DNA from: Gaiellaceae bacterium
GTDB lineage: Bacteria; Actinomycetota; Thermoleophilia; Gaiellales; Gaiellaceae
NCBI GenBank assembly: GCA_035248765.1
Contig: DATFHC010000176.1
Coordinates: forward strand, 1,245 to 65,244
Length of the DNA: 64,000 nucleotides
Direction of reading: 5' to 3'
Below, in pieces: positions 22,834 to 30,232 of the stretch. Within the stretch, counting starts at the first letter, position 1; the number at the start of each line of letters is the position of its first letter. The notes beneath the pieces were generated by a model. The model was not told the DNA's origin and did no database searches. It worked only from the letters and a program-made list of their open reading frames with translations. Both the position numbers and the translations under genes were made by a program.

Positions 22834-23529
22834 ATGCCGAAGGTTCTGATCGTCGAGGACGACGAGGTCATCGCTCAGGGAATGGCGCGGCACCTGGGCG
22901 CCGCAGGGTTCGATCCGGTGTCGGTCGGCAACGGGGCGCAGGGCTTGGCGCGGCTCCGCTACGAGAATCCGGACGTCTGCGTCCTCGATCTCATGCTTCC
23001 GGGGGTCGACGGCTGGAAGCTGATCGAGACCGCGCGCAGCGAGGGCATCGGCACGCCTATCGTCGTCGTCTCCGCGCGCGGCACCGAGCACGACCGCGTG
23101 CACGCGCTCGAGATCGGCGCCGACGACTACCTCGTAAAGCCGTTCTCGATGAAGGAGCTCGTGGCGCGCGTGCGCGCGGCGTCGCGGCGGGCGATTCGCC
23201 GCGAGGAAACGCCACGCGGTGAGCCGATCGAGATCGAGGAGCTGCGGATCGACCCGCTCGAAGTCCAGGCTTATGTGGACGACCGCAGCGCCGAGCTGAC
23301 GCCGACCGAATTCCGGCTCCTCTACCAGCTCGCCCTCGACCGTGGCCGCGTCGTCACCCGCGACGAGCTGCTCCAGAAGCTGTGGGGGCGCCGAGAGTCT
23401 CATCGCGACCGCACCGTGGACGTGTTCGTCAGACGCCTGCGCGAGAAGGTCGACCGCCCCGCATCCACGCACACGTTCATCCAAACACGCTACGGCGTCG
23501 GCTACCGGCTCGAGCCCGTAGCGAAGTAG
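22834..23529 (+). CDS. OmpR-family response regulator, PhoP/RegX3-like
   Basis: 231 aa. Receiver domain (VCVLDLMLPGVDG, YLVKPF) plus winged helix (TRYGVGYRL). Confidence 0.9.
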   Translation: MPKVLIVEDDEVIAQGMARHLGAAGFDPVSVGNGAQGLARLRYENPDVCVLDLMLPGVDGWKLIETARSEGIGTPIVVVSARGTEHDRVHALEIGADDYLVKPFSMKELVARVRAASRRAIRREETPRGEPIEIEELRIDPLEVQAYVDDRSAELTPTEFRLLYQLALDRGRVVTRDELLQKLWGRRESHRDRTVDVFVRRLREKVDRPASTHTFIQTRYGVGYRLEPVAK

Positions 23530-23533
23530 CCGC

Positions 23534-23830
23534 TTAGTCCTCGTAGGGCTCGGGCTGCAGGCCCGTCTCGACCTCGCGGCGGCCGTCCATCGTGTAGACG
23601 AGGTCGACGGTCTCGTGCTTGCGATACGTGCCTGCGATGCCGAGCCACATCGACGCCCAGCGCCAGAAGCCGAGCCGGCCCTCCTGGGCGATCGGGCGCG
23701 GGAAGACGAGCGACCGTCCGTGCACCTCGAAGTCCCGTCCGGGCAGCTGGCGGACGCCGCCCACGTAGACCTCGAAGGCAGGCGGCACGTGCTCAGGCAG
23801 TTCGATCCGCGAGCGCTCGGGCACCTTCAT
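23534..23830 (-). CDS. hypothetical protein
   Basis: 98 aa. 93% G/C at third codon positions by my count (91/98). I recognise no motif. Its start lies 14 nt from the ctaC start, head to head. Confidence 0.6.
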   Translation of the reverse strand: MKVPERSRIELPEHVPPAFEVYVGGVRQLPGRDFEVHGRSLVFPRPIAQEGRLGFWRWASMWLGIAGTYRKHETVDLVYTMDGRREVETGLQPEPYED

Positions 23831-23844
23831 AGAATGCCCAGCGG

Positions 23845-24834
23845 GTGCGTCGCAAGCTGCCGTCCTTCGTGCTTGTCGTGCTGTTCGCGCTTGCGACGGC
23901 GGGCGTTGCTGCAGCCGCGAACGGTGGCTTCACCCCGGTCACCCCCGCCTCGCCGAACGCGAATCACATCCAGCACGCCTACTACCTCGTACTCGGCTTC
24001 ACGTCGGCCATCTTCGTGCTCGTCGAGGGACTGCTCGTCGTCTTCATCTGGAAGTACCGCGGTCGTGGTCGCGCTCGCGCCGTCGAGGGCGCGCAGGTGC
24101 ACGGCCACACGCGACTCGAACTGATCTGGACGGCCATTCCCGTCCTGATCCTCGCCGTCATCGCCGCCTTCGTCTTCTACGAGCTGCCGAGCATCGACTC
24201 GGCCCCTGCCGCCGCAGACCCGATCCACATCACGGTCGAGGGACACCAGTACTACTGGCAGTTCGACTATCCGAACGGCGCGCGCTCGATCGGGACGCTG
24301 CACGTCCCGGCAGGTGCTGTCGTCGATCTGAAGGTCGTCTCGCCGGACGTGATCCACAGCTGGTGGATCCCGGCGCTCGGCGGCAAGCTCCAGGCGATCC
24401 CGGGCCGGGTCAACCACACGTGGTTCCGCGCGGAGAAATCGGGCACCTACTCGGGCCAGTGCGCGGAGCTCTGCGGCGTCTACCACGCCGCGATGGAGGC
24501 GACCGTGCAGGCGGAGTCTCAGCAGGCCTACGCGAGCTACATCTCCACGACTGCCCGCCAGACGCTCGGGCAGCAGGAGTGGGGCGGAGTCTGCGCGACG
24601 TGTCACGGCAATCTCGGTCAGGGCGGGTACGGGCCCAACATCAGCGCCAGCACGCTCCTCACCTCGCGGTCGTCGCTCCTCGGGATCCTTCGTCAGGGAA
24701 TCGACACGACACGTGCCGGCGCGATGCCGCCGGTCGGAATTACGTGGAACAACGCGCAGATCGACGCGATCGTCGCCTACGTGAAGAAGCACATCTACAA
24801 GGCCGCGCCGCTGGGAGCGACGAGTGGCGGCTAG
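23845..24834 (+). CDS. ctaC: cytochrome c oxidase subunit II with fused cytochrome c domain (caa3 type)
   Basis: 329 aa. Signal/TM N-terminus; CuA site HSWWIP...CAELCGVYHAAM; C-terminal heme-c motif CATCHG. Confidence 0.92.
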   Translation: MRRKLPSFVLVVLFALATAGVAAAANGGFTPVTPASPNANHIQHAYYLVLGFTSAIFVLVEGLLVVFIWKYRGRGRARAVEGAQVHGHTRLELIWTAIPVLILAVIAAFVFYELPSIDSAPAAADPIHITVEGHQYYWQFDYPNGARSIGTLHVPAGAVVDLKVVSPDVIHSWWIPALGGKLQAIPGRVNHTWFRAEKSGTYSGQCAELCGVYHAAMEATVQAESQQAYASYISTTARQTLGQQEWGGVCATCHGNLGQGGYGPNISASTLLTSRSSLLGILRQGIDTTRAGAMPPVGITWNNAQIDAIVAYVKKHIYKAAPLGATSGG

Positions 24835-26470
24835 GTCCGAAGCCGTCTATCCGGTTGGCTGGAAGAGCGGCCGCGTCGCGAGCTGGCTCGTCACCGTCGA
24901 CCACAAGCGAATCGGGATCCTGTACATCGCGACGTCGCTCTTCTGGTTCGTCGCGGGCGGCATCCTCGCGCTCCTCATGCGCTCGCAGCTCGCGACGCCG
25001 AACGAGCATTTCCTGACGAAGAACTCGTACAACGAGGTGCTCACGATGCACGGGACGACGATGATCTTCCTCGTCATCGTCCCGATTCTCGCCGGGTTCG
25101 GGAACTTCCTCGTGCCGCTGATGATCGGAGCACGCGACATGGCGTTCCCGCGCCTCAACGCGCTCTCGTACTGGCTCTTCCTTCTCGGCGGGATCGTGCT
25201 CTGGCTGAGCTGGTTCTCGAAGGGCGGCGGGCCGCATGCCGGCTGGTGGTCGTACCCGACGCTGTCGGAGAACTTCCCCTGGGCGAGCCCGGGACACGGC
25301 CAGGACTACTGGATCCTCAGCCTCCACATCCTCTCGCTGTCGTCGCTGCTGGGAGCGATCAACTTCATCGTCACGATCCACAACATGCGCGCTCCCGGAA
25401 TGACGTGGATGCGCATGCCGCTCTTCATCTGGGCGATGGAGACGTACGCGATTCTGCTGCTCCTCGCCCTGCCGGCGCTCTCGGCGGCCGTGACGATGCT
25501 TCTGCTCGACCGCACGGTCGGCGCGCACTTCTTCATCCCGCCGCACGGGAGCATCCTGCTCTACCAGCACCTGTTCTGGTTCTTCGGGCACCCCGAGGTC
25601 TACATCATGGTGCTGCCGGTCTTCGGGATGATCTCGGAGATCCTGCCGGTCTTCTCGCGCAAGCCGATCTTCGGCTACAAGGCGGTCGCGTTCTCGACGA
25701 TCGGCATCGCGTTCTTCTCGATGCTCGTGTGGGCGCACCACATGTTCACGACCGGGATGCCGGTGGGGCTCGACTCCTTCTTCATGATCTCGTCGATGGT
25801 GATCGCGGTTCCGACCGGAATCAAGATCTTCAACTGGATCGCCACCACCTGGCGCGGCAACCTCATCTTCGACACGCCGATGCTGTTCGGGCTCGGCTTC
25901 ATCGCGCTCTTCACGATGGGCGGCCTGTCGGGGATCTTCCTCGCGGCGTTCCCGGTGGACTGGCAGGTCAACGACTCGTATTACGTCGTCGCCCATTTCC
26001 ACTACGTCCTCTTCGGTGGCTCGGCCTTCGGCTTCTTCGGGGGCCTCTACTACTGGTGGCCGAAGATGTTCGGGCGTATGCTCGACGAGCGGCTCGGCAA
26101 GGTGCATTTCTGGCTGATGTTCGTCGGCTTCAACCTCACCTTCCTCCCCCAGCACATGCTCGGGCTGCTCGGTATGCCGCGCCGGATCTACACGTACCAC
26201 CACGGCGGCCTCTGGGAGGCATACAACCTCATGTCGTCGATCGGCTCGGGCGTGATGGCGCTGTCGATCGCCGTCTTCCTCGCGAACGTCTGGATCGCGC
26301 ACGGGCTGCGGAAAGGCGTTCGCGCGGGAAACGACCCTTGGCTCGCCGACACCCTCGAGTGGTATACGACCTCGCCGCCTCCGGCGCACAACTTCGACAC
26401 CGTGCCCTACGTGACGAGCGCACGGCCGCTGCGCGACCTGCGGCGGAGGCTCGCGGAGCAGCAGCAATGA
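24824..26470 (+). CDS. ctaD: cytochrome c oxidase subunit I
   Basis: 548 aa. 12-TM heme-copper oxidase core (WFFGHPEVYI, HHMF, VAHFHYV). The GTG overlaps the end of ctaC. Confidence 0.95.
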   Translation: MAARSEAVYPVGWKSGRVASWLVTVDHKRIGILYIATSLFWFVAGGILALLMRSQLATPNEHFLTKNSYNEVLTMHGTTMIFLVIVPILAGFGNFLVPLMIGARDMAFPRLNALSYWLFLLGGIVLWLSWFSKGGGPHAGWWSYPTLSENFPWASPGHGQDYWILSLHILSLSSLLGAINFIVTIHNMRAPGMTWMRMPLFIWAMETYAILLLLALPALSAAVTMLLLDRTVGAHFFIPPHGSILLYQHLFWFFGHPEVYIMVLPVFGMISEILPVFSRKPIFGYKAVAFSTIGIAFFSMLVWAHHMFTTGMPVGLDSFFMISSMVIAVPTGIKIFNWIATTWRGNLIFDTPMLFGLGFIALFTMGGLSGIFLAAFPVDWQVNDSYYVVAHFHYVLFGGSAFGFFGGLYYWWPKMFGRMLDERLGKVHFWLMFVGFNLTFLPQHMLGLLGMPRRIYTYHHGGLWEAYNLMSSIGSGVMALSIAVFLANVWIAHGLRKGVRAGNDPWLADTLEWYTTSPPPAHNFDTVPYVTSARPLRDLRRRLAEQQQ

Positions 26471-27660
26471 GGACCGAGATCGCGCCGGGTCCGTGGCTGC
26501 GCCTGTCCGCGCTCGTCGCGGCGGGCGGGACGTTGCTCGCGGTCGTCTCCGGCGCGGAGGGGTTGGGGACGGCGCACCGGCTTCTTGCCGCTCTCGTTGT
26601 GCCGCCGCTCGCGGCGCTCGTCGTCTCGGCCTGGTACGCGCACCGCCGGCTCGTGCCGGCTGCGCTCGCCGCCGCGGCGCTGTTTGCCGCAGCGGCGGCG
26701 GTGCCGGGACCGCATGCCCACGCGGGCCTCGCCGCGTTCGCGCTCGCCGCGCTCGTCGTCGTCGTCGCGGAGAGCTTCCGCGGAGAGCGGGTGCCGTGGG
26801 GCTCGTGGTGCGACTACGTGACGCTCACAAAGCCGCGGATCATGTCGCTCCTGCTCACCACGGGTTTCTGCGGGATGATCGTCGGCGCTCGGGGTTGGCC
26901 GGGAACCGGTCTGGCGGTCGCGGCGATGGGCGGGCTCGCGCTTGCCTGCGGCGGTGCTTCAGCCCTGAACCACGTGCTCGACCGCGACATCGATCCGCTG
27001 ATGGGGGAGCGGACGCGCTCTCGTCCCGTTGCGTCGGGCCGCGTGTCGCCAAGCCGGGCGCTCGAGTTCGGACTCGCGCTCTCGGCGCTGTCGTTCGTCC
27101 TGCTCGCGAGCGCGGTCAACGTGCTGGCGGCGGTGCTCGCGCTCGTCGGGAACCTCTTCTACGTCCTCGTCTATACGCGTTGGCTCAAGCGCTCGACGCC
27201 GCAGAACATCGTGATCGGCGGCGCCGCCGGTGCCGTCCCGCCGCTCGTGGGGTGGGCGGCCGCGACGGGCCACGTCGGAATCGCGGCGCTGCTCCTCTTC
27301 GCGATCGTCTTCGTCTGGACGCCGCCGCACTTCTGGGCGCTGGCGCTGCTGATCAAGGACAACTACGCGAACGCGCGCGTACCCATGCTGCCGGTCGTGC
27401 GCGGCGAGCGGGCCACCGCGCGCCAGATCGTCGTCTACTCGCTCGGCCTCGTTGCGGCCACGCTCCTGCCCTGGGCCTGGGGCGGTGCGGGGCCGGTCTA
27501 TGTCGTCTGCGCTTTGGCGCTTGGAGCCGTCTTCGTGTGGTTCGCCGAGCGGTTGAGGCGCGACACGACGCCGCGGCGGGCGATGCTCCTCTTCCACTAC
27601 TCGCTCCTCTACCTCGCGCTGCTCTTCGCGGCGCTGGCCGTGGACGCGGTTATCGGCTGA
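26467..27660 (+). CDS. ctaB: protoheme IX farnesyltransferase (heme O synthase) with a ~110-aa N-terminal 4-TM extension
   Basis: 397 aa from the ATG at 26467, which overlaps the ctaD stop (ATGA). The UbiA-fold core starts at YVTLTKPRIM, with motifs NHVLDRDID and YTRWLKR. Confidence 0.9.
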   Translation: MRTEIAPGPWLRLSALVAAGGTLLAVVSGAEGLGTAHRLLAALVVPPLAALVVSAWYAHRRLVPAALAAAALFAAAAAVPGPHAHAGLAAFALAALVVVVAESFRGERVPWGSWCDYVTLTKPRIMSLLLTTGFCGMIVGARGWPGTGLAVAAMGGLALACGGASALNHVLDRDIDPLMGERTRSRPVASGRVSPSRALEFGLALSALSFVLLASAVNVLAAVLALVGNLFYVLVYTRWLKRSTPQNIVIGGAAGAVPPLVGWAAATGHVGIAALLLFAIVFVWTPPHFWALALLIKDNYANARVPMLPVVRGERATARQIVVYSLGLVAATLLPWAWGGAGPVYVVCALALGAVFVWFAERLRRDTTPRRAMLLFHYSLLYLALLFAALAVDAVIG

Positions 27661-27776
27661 TGAATCCCGAACTCGCGCGCCGCAACGTCCGCCTCGGCTT
27701 GATGCTGTTCGGCGTTTTCCTCCTCATCTTCGCCGGCTGCTTCGCGATCGCCCTTCTGTACCTCCACTTCGACTAG
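27660..27776 (+). CDS. 38-aa single-TM micro-protein
   Basis: MNPELARRNVRLGLMLFGVFLLIFAGCFAIALLYLHFD. The ATG shares 1 nt with the ctaB stop, and its own stop shares 1 nt with the amidase GTG. 34 of 38 third codon positions are G/C. Confidence 0.55.
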   Translation: MNPELARRNVRLGLMLFGVFLLIFAGCFAIALLYLHFD

Positions 27777-28912
27777 TGGACGGGATCTGGCTGGCGCGCC
27801 CGGTCGAAGCGGGGGCGGGCGAGCCGGTGGCGGTCAAGGACCTGCTCGACACGGCAGGCCTGACGACGACCTACGGCTCGGCGCTCTTCGCGGACCATGT
27901 GCCGGTCGTGAGCGCCGACGCGGTGCTGCTGCTCGAGGCGGCGGGCTACTCCGTCGCGGGAAAGACGAACCTCCATGAGTTCGCCTACGGGATCTCGTCC
28001 CAGAACCCGCACTACGGGACGGTTCCGAATCCGGCTGCGCCCGGTCGCCTCGCGGGCGGCTCGAGCGGGGGCTCGGCGGCGGCGATTGCGGCCGGCGACG
28101 TCGAGCTTGCGCTCGGCACCGACTCCGCCGGGTCGATCCGGATCCCGGCGGCGTGGTGCGGCTGCGTCGGCTTCAAGCCGACCCACGGGCTCGTCTCCGC
28201 CGAGGGCTGCTTCCCGCTCGCCCCGAGCTACGACACGGTTGGGCCGATGGCGTCGTCCGTGGAACGTTGCGAGGGGCTGATGCGGACACTCGCTCCAGGG
28301 TTCGAGCCGGTCGAGCTCGAGTCGCTGGAGGAGCTCGAAGTCGGGGTTGTCTGGCTCGACGAGGCCGAGCCGCTCGTCCACGAGCGAGTTGCCGAGACCG
28401 CGGCTCTCTTCCCGCGCCGGCGCGAGATCCAGCTGCCGCTCGCGCCGCCCAATCGGGAGGACTTCTTGCGCGAGGCGGCGGACGTCCATCGTGCCCTCTT
28501 TCCGGGGAACGAGGAGCTGTACGGCGAGAACGTTCGCGGCAAGATCGAGGACTCTCTCCGAGTGACGGACGCTGAGGTCGCGGCCGCCGAGCGCAAGCGA
28601 GCCGAGTACCGCGAGCAGATCGCGGATACGGTCGGCGCGCTCGACCTGCTCGTCGCCCCGACCGTGCCGTTCGTCGCGCCGCCCGCGGACGTGGACGAAC
28701 TCGAGATCCGTGCCGGTGGCATTTCCCTCACATATCCATTCAGCTCGCTGGGCTGGCCGGCGCTCGCGCTCCCATGCGGCTCGGCGGAAGAAGGCCTGCC
28801 CGCATCGGTGCAGCTCGCCGCGCCTTCGGGAGCAGACGCGCGAGTCCTGGCCGCGGGCCGCCTCCTCGCGTTCCGACTCGCAGGGCCCGACCGACCCGAA
28901 CCTCCCTTGTAA
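27776..28912 (+). CDS. amidase-signature family amidase (GatA-like)
   Basis: 378 aa. Catalytic Lys context VAVKDLLDTAG and the Gly/Ser-rich signature GGSSGGSAAAIA. Confidence 0.85.
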   Translation: MDGIWLARPVEAGAGEPVAVKDLLDTAGLTTTYGSALFADHVPVVSADAVLLLEAAGYSVAGKTNLHEFAYGISSQNPHYGTVPNPAAPGRLAGGSSGGSAAAIAAGDVELALGTDSAGSIRIPAAWCGCVGFKPTHGLVSAEGCFPLAPSYDTVGPMASSVERCEGLMRTLAPGFEPVELESLEELEVGVVWLDEAEPLVHERVAETAALFPRRREIQLPLAPPNREDFLREAADVHRALFPGNEELYGENVRGKIEDSLRVTDAEVAAAERKRAEYREQIADTVGALDLLVAPTVPFVAPPADVDELEIRAGGISLTYPFSSLGWPALALPCGSAEEGLPASVQLAAPSGADARVLAAGRLLAFRLAGPDRPEPPL

Positions 28913-28928
28913 CAGACTGTTACTTGGG
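28897..28928. repeat. palindromic repeat copy 1 (core GTAACAGACTGTTAC, 28909-28923)
   Basis: Perfect 7-N-7 palindrome. The amidase stop TAA (28910-28912) lies inside it. The left extension CGAACCTCCCTTGT is shared with copy 3. Confidence 0.9.
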
Positions 28929-29234
28929 TGGCGCTCGGTCTCGTAGGCGAGCTGGCGCTGGTTCGAAGAGCGGACCGAGGAGCGCTTCAGGCGGCCTGAC
29001 CCGAAAGGCTACGTCCACGGCAACCGTCGAGACGCGTGCCCCGCGTTGCCGGCGTAGGCGTCGAGCGGTGTGCACGAGCACTCGGACCTGCTCGTAACTC
29101 GGCCTGTAGAGCCCCATTCGATCAGCGGCTCTACCGACACAACGGTTCATCTCGGCAATCGGGACCGTTCGCTGCGACTGCCGTTCGATCTCATCGAGCA
29201 ACCGGCGTGGGATCCTCGGTGCGAAGGAGAGCAC
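28920..29234 (-). CDS. orphan hypothetical protein, Arg-rich (possible DNA-binding)
   Basis: 104 aa, GTG start, 21 Arg. GC3 is only about 67%, and the opposite-strand ORF 29070-29309 scores about the same. The stop TAA is supplied by repeat copy 1. Coding status is uncertain. Confidence 0.35.
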   Translation of the reverse strand: MLSFAPRIPRRLLDEIERQSQRTVPIAEMNRCVGRAADRMGLYRPSYEQVRVLVHTARRLRRQRGARVSTVAVDVAFRVRPPEALLGPLFEPAPARLRDRAPPK

Positions 29235-29302
29235 CCGGCGAGCATCGCCCGACGACTGTCACGGAAAGGCGCCGTCTCCGCACCAAGAGCGCACGAGGAG
29301 AG

Positions 29303-29324
29303 CAAGTAACAGTCTGTTACAAGG
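29303..29324. repeat. palindromic repeat copy 2 (core GTAACAGTCTGTTAC, 29306-29320)
   Basis: CAAGTAACAGTCTGTTACAAGG is the exact reverse complement of 28905-28926. It lies 15 nt beyond the opcA stop. Confidence 0.9.
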
Positions 29325-29335
29325 TGATCTCGGCG

Positions 29336-30232
29336 TTAGTCCCTCGGAGCGGCCGTGGCGAGGACGGCGGCCTCGTAGACCGGGTCCGGAGTGAAGCGCT
29401 CGAGCTCGTCCGAGAGGACGTCGCTTGGTGCGGGCGGGTCGCCGGGCGGCAACGGCACCGCTTCGCGGTCGAGCGCCACGCCCTCCAGCTGATCGGCGGG
29501 GTCGTGCTCGAGTGCGATGTCGTCCCGACCGAGCCGCGAGCGCAGCCAGCCGCAGAGCAACCACGCTTGCGCAGCCGTCCCATGCACGCGAACAGTCCGG
29601 ACGTCCGCGATCGTCGGCCAGAGCGTCGCGAGGTGCGAGCGCCACCGCGACGTCCGCGCCCAGGCGATGTCGGAGGCCGCGCAGCGGGGAAAGAGCTCGG
29701 CCAGCCGCGTATACGGGCCCGGAACCTCGTCCCACTCGATCGAGTCCACGATCAGCCGGTCCGCGATGCCGACGAGCTGCTCGAGCTCCTGCGATCCCCA
29801 CGGCGGCTCCCCGCGCCAGCGCAGGAACACCGGCAGGTCGGAAATCAACATGGGCTCGACGATGCTCGCCGGCGCCTCCGCCCGCGAGCCGCGCAGCGTG
29901 AGCTCGACCACCTCCGTAACGAGGCCGCGATCCGTGTCCGGCACCTCCCACCGCTCGACCTCCGCACGCACGTCGATCCGGTTGTCGTCGGCGTCACGCT
30001 CCGGGAAAAGGAGGATCGTCCGCGACGGGTGCCGTTCGGCCATCCCCTTGAGTGCTGCCCGAGCCTGCTCGGCCCAGCCGGGTGGCACCCATGCGATATG
30101 CGTCATCACGGACGTCCGCATGCTCGGCCGGTCGGACGATGCTTCGGTTCGGAGCCGTCCAAGTGCCGCATCCACGTCGGCGACGCAGACGTCCTCGCCG
30201 AACCAGCTCAGCTCCTTCAGTGACGTCGCCAC
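29336..30232 (-). CDS. opcA: glucose-6-phosphate dehydrogenase assembly protein OpcA
   Basis: 298 aa from the GTG at 30232, which overlaps the zwf 3' end by 16 nt. Motifs RTSVMTHIAW and ISDLPVFLRWRG are typical of OpcA. The track start at 30355 is less likely. Confidence 0.85.
   Translation of the reverse strand: MATSLKELSWFGEDVCVADVDAALGRLRTEASSDRPSMRTSVMTHIAWVPPGWAEQARAALKGMAERHPSRTILLFPERDADDNRIDVRAEVERWEVPDTDRGLVTEVVELTLRGSRAEAPASIVEPMLISDLPVFLRWRGEPPWGSQELEQLVGIADRLIVDSIEWDEVPGPYTRLAELFPRCAASDIAWARTSRWRSHLATLWPTIADVRTVRVHGTAAQAWLLCGWLRSRLGRDDIALEHDPADQLEGVALDREAVPLPPGDPPAPSDVLSDELERFTPDPVYEAAVLATAAPRD

Noticed and set aside
28920-29234. The 104-aa ORF as a REP-associated tyrosine transposase (RAYT/TnpA-IS200) or another transposase or invertase.
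   Set aside because: There is no His-hydrophobic-His motif and no obvious catalytic Tyr or Ser context, and it is too small. The REPtron analogy is therefore kept only as an architectural comparison.
29070-29309. A plus-strand 79-aa ORF inside the cassette as the real gene.
   Set aside because: Its GC3 (about 68%) is no better than that of the minus-strand ORF. The translation looks unstructured with no start context. It is not excluded, only ranked below the 104-aa ORF.
28904-29325. The palindromes as operators for a known regulator (LexA, Rex, HrcA/CIRCE, IdeR, Zur and similar).
   Set aside because: All four copies lie downstream of convergent genes, not in promoters. The 7-N-7 motif GTAACAGNCTGTTAC does not match the spacing or sequence of the boxes I know. 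The outer TTGT...ACAA of some copies resembles a Rex site, but the spacing is wrong.
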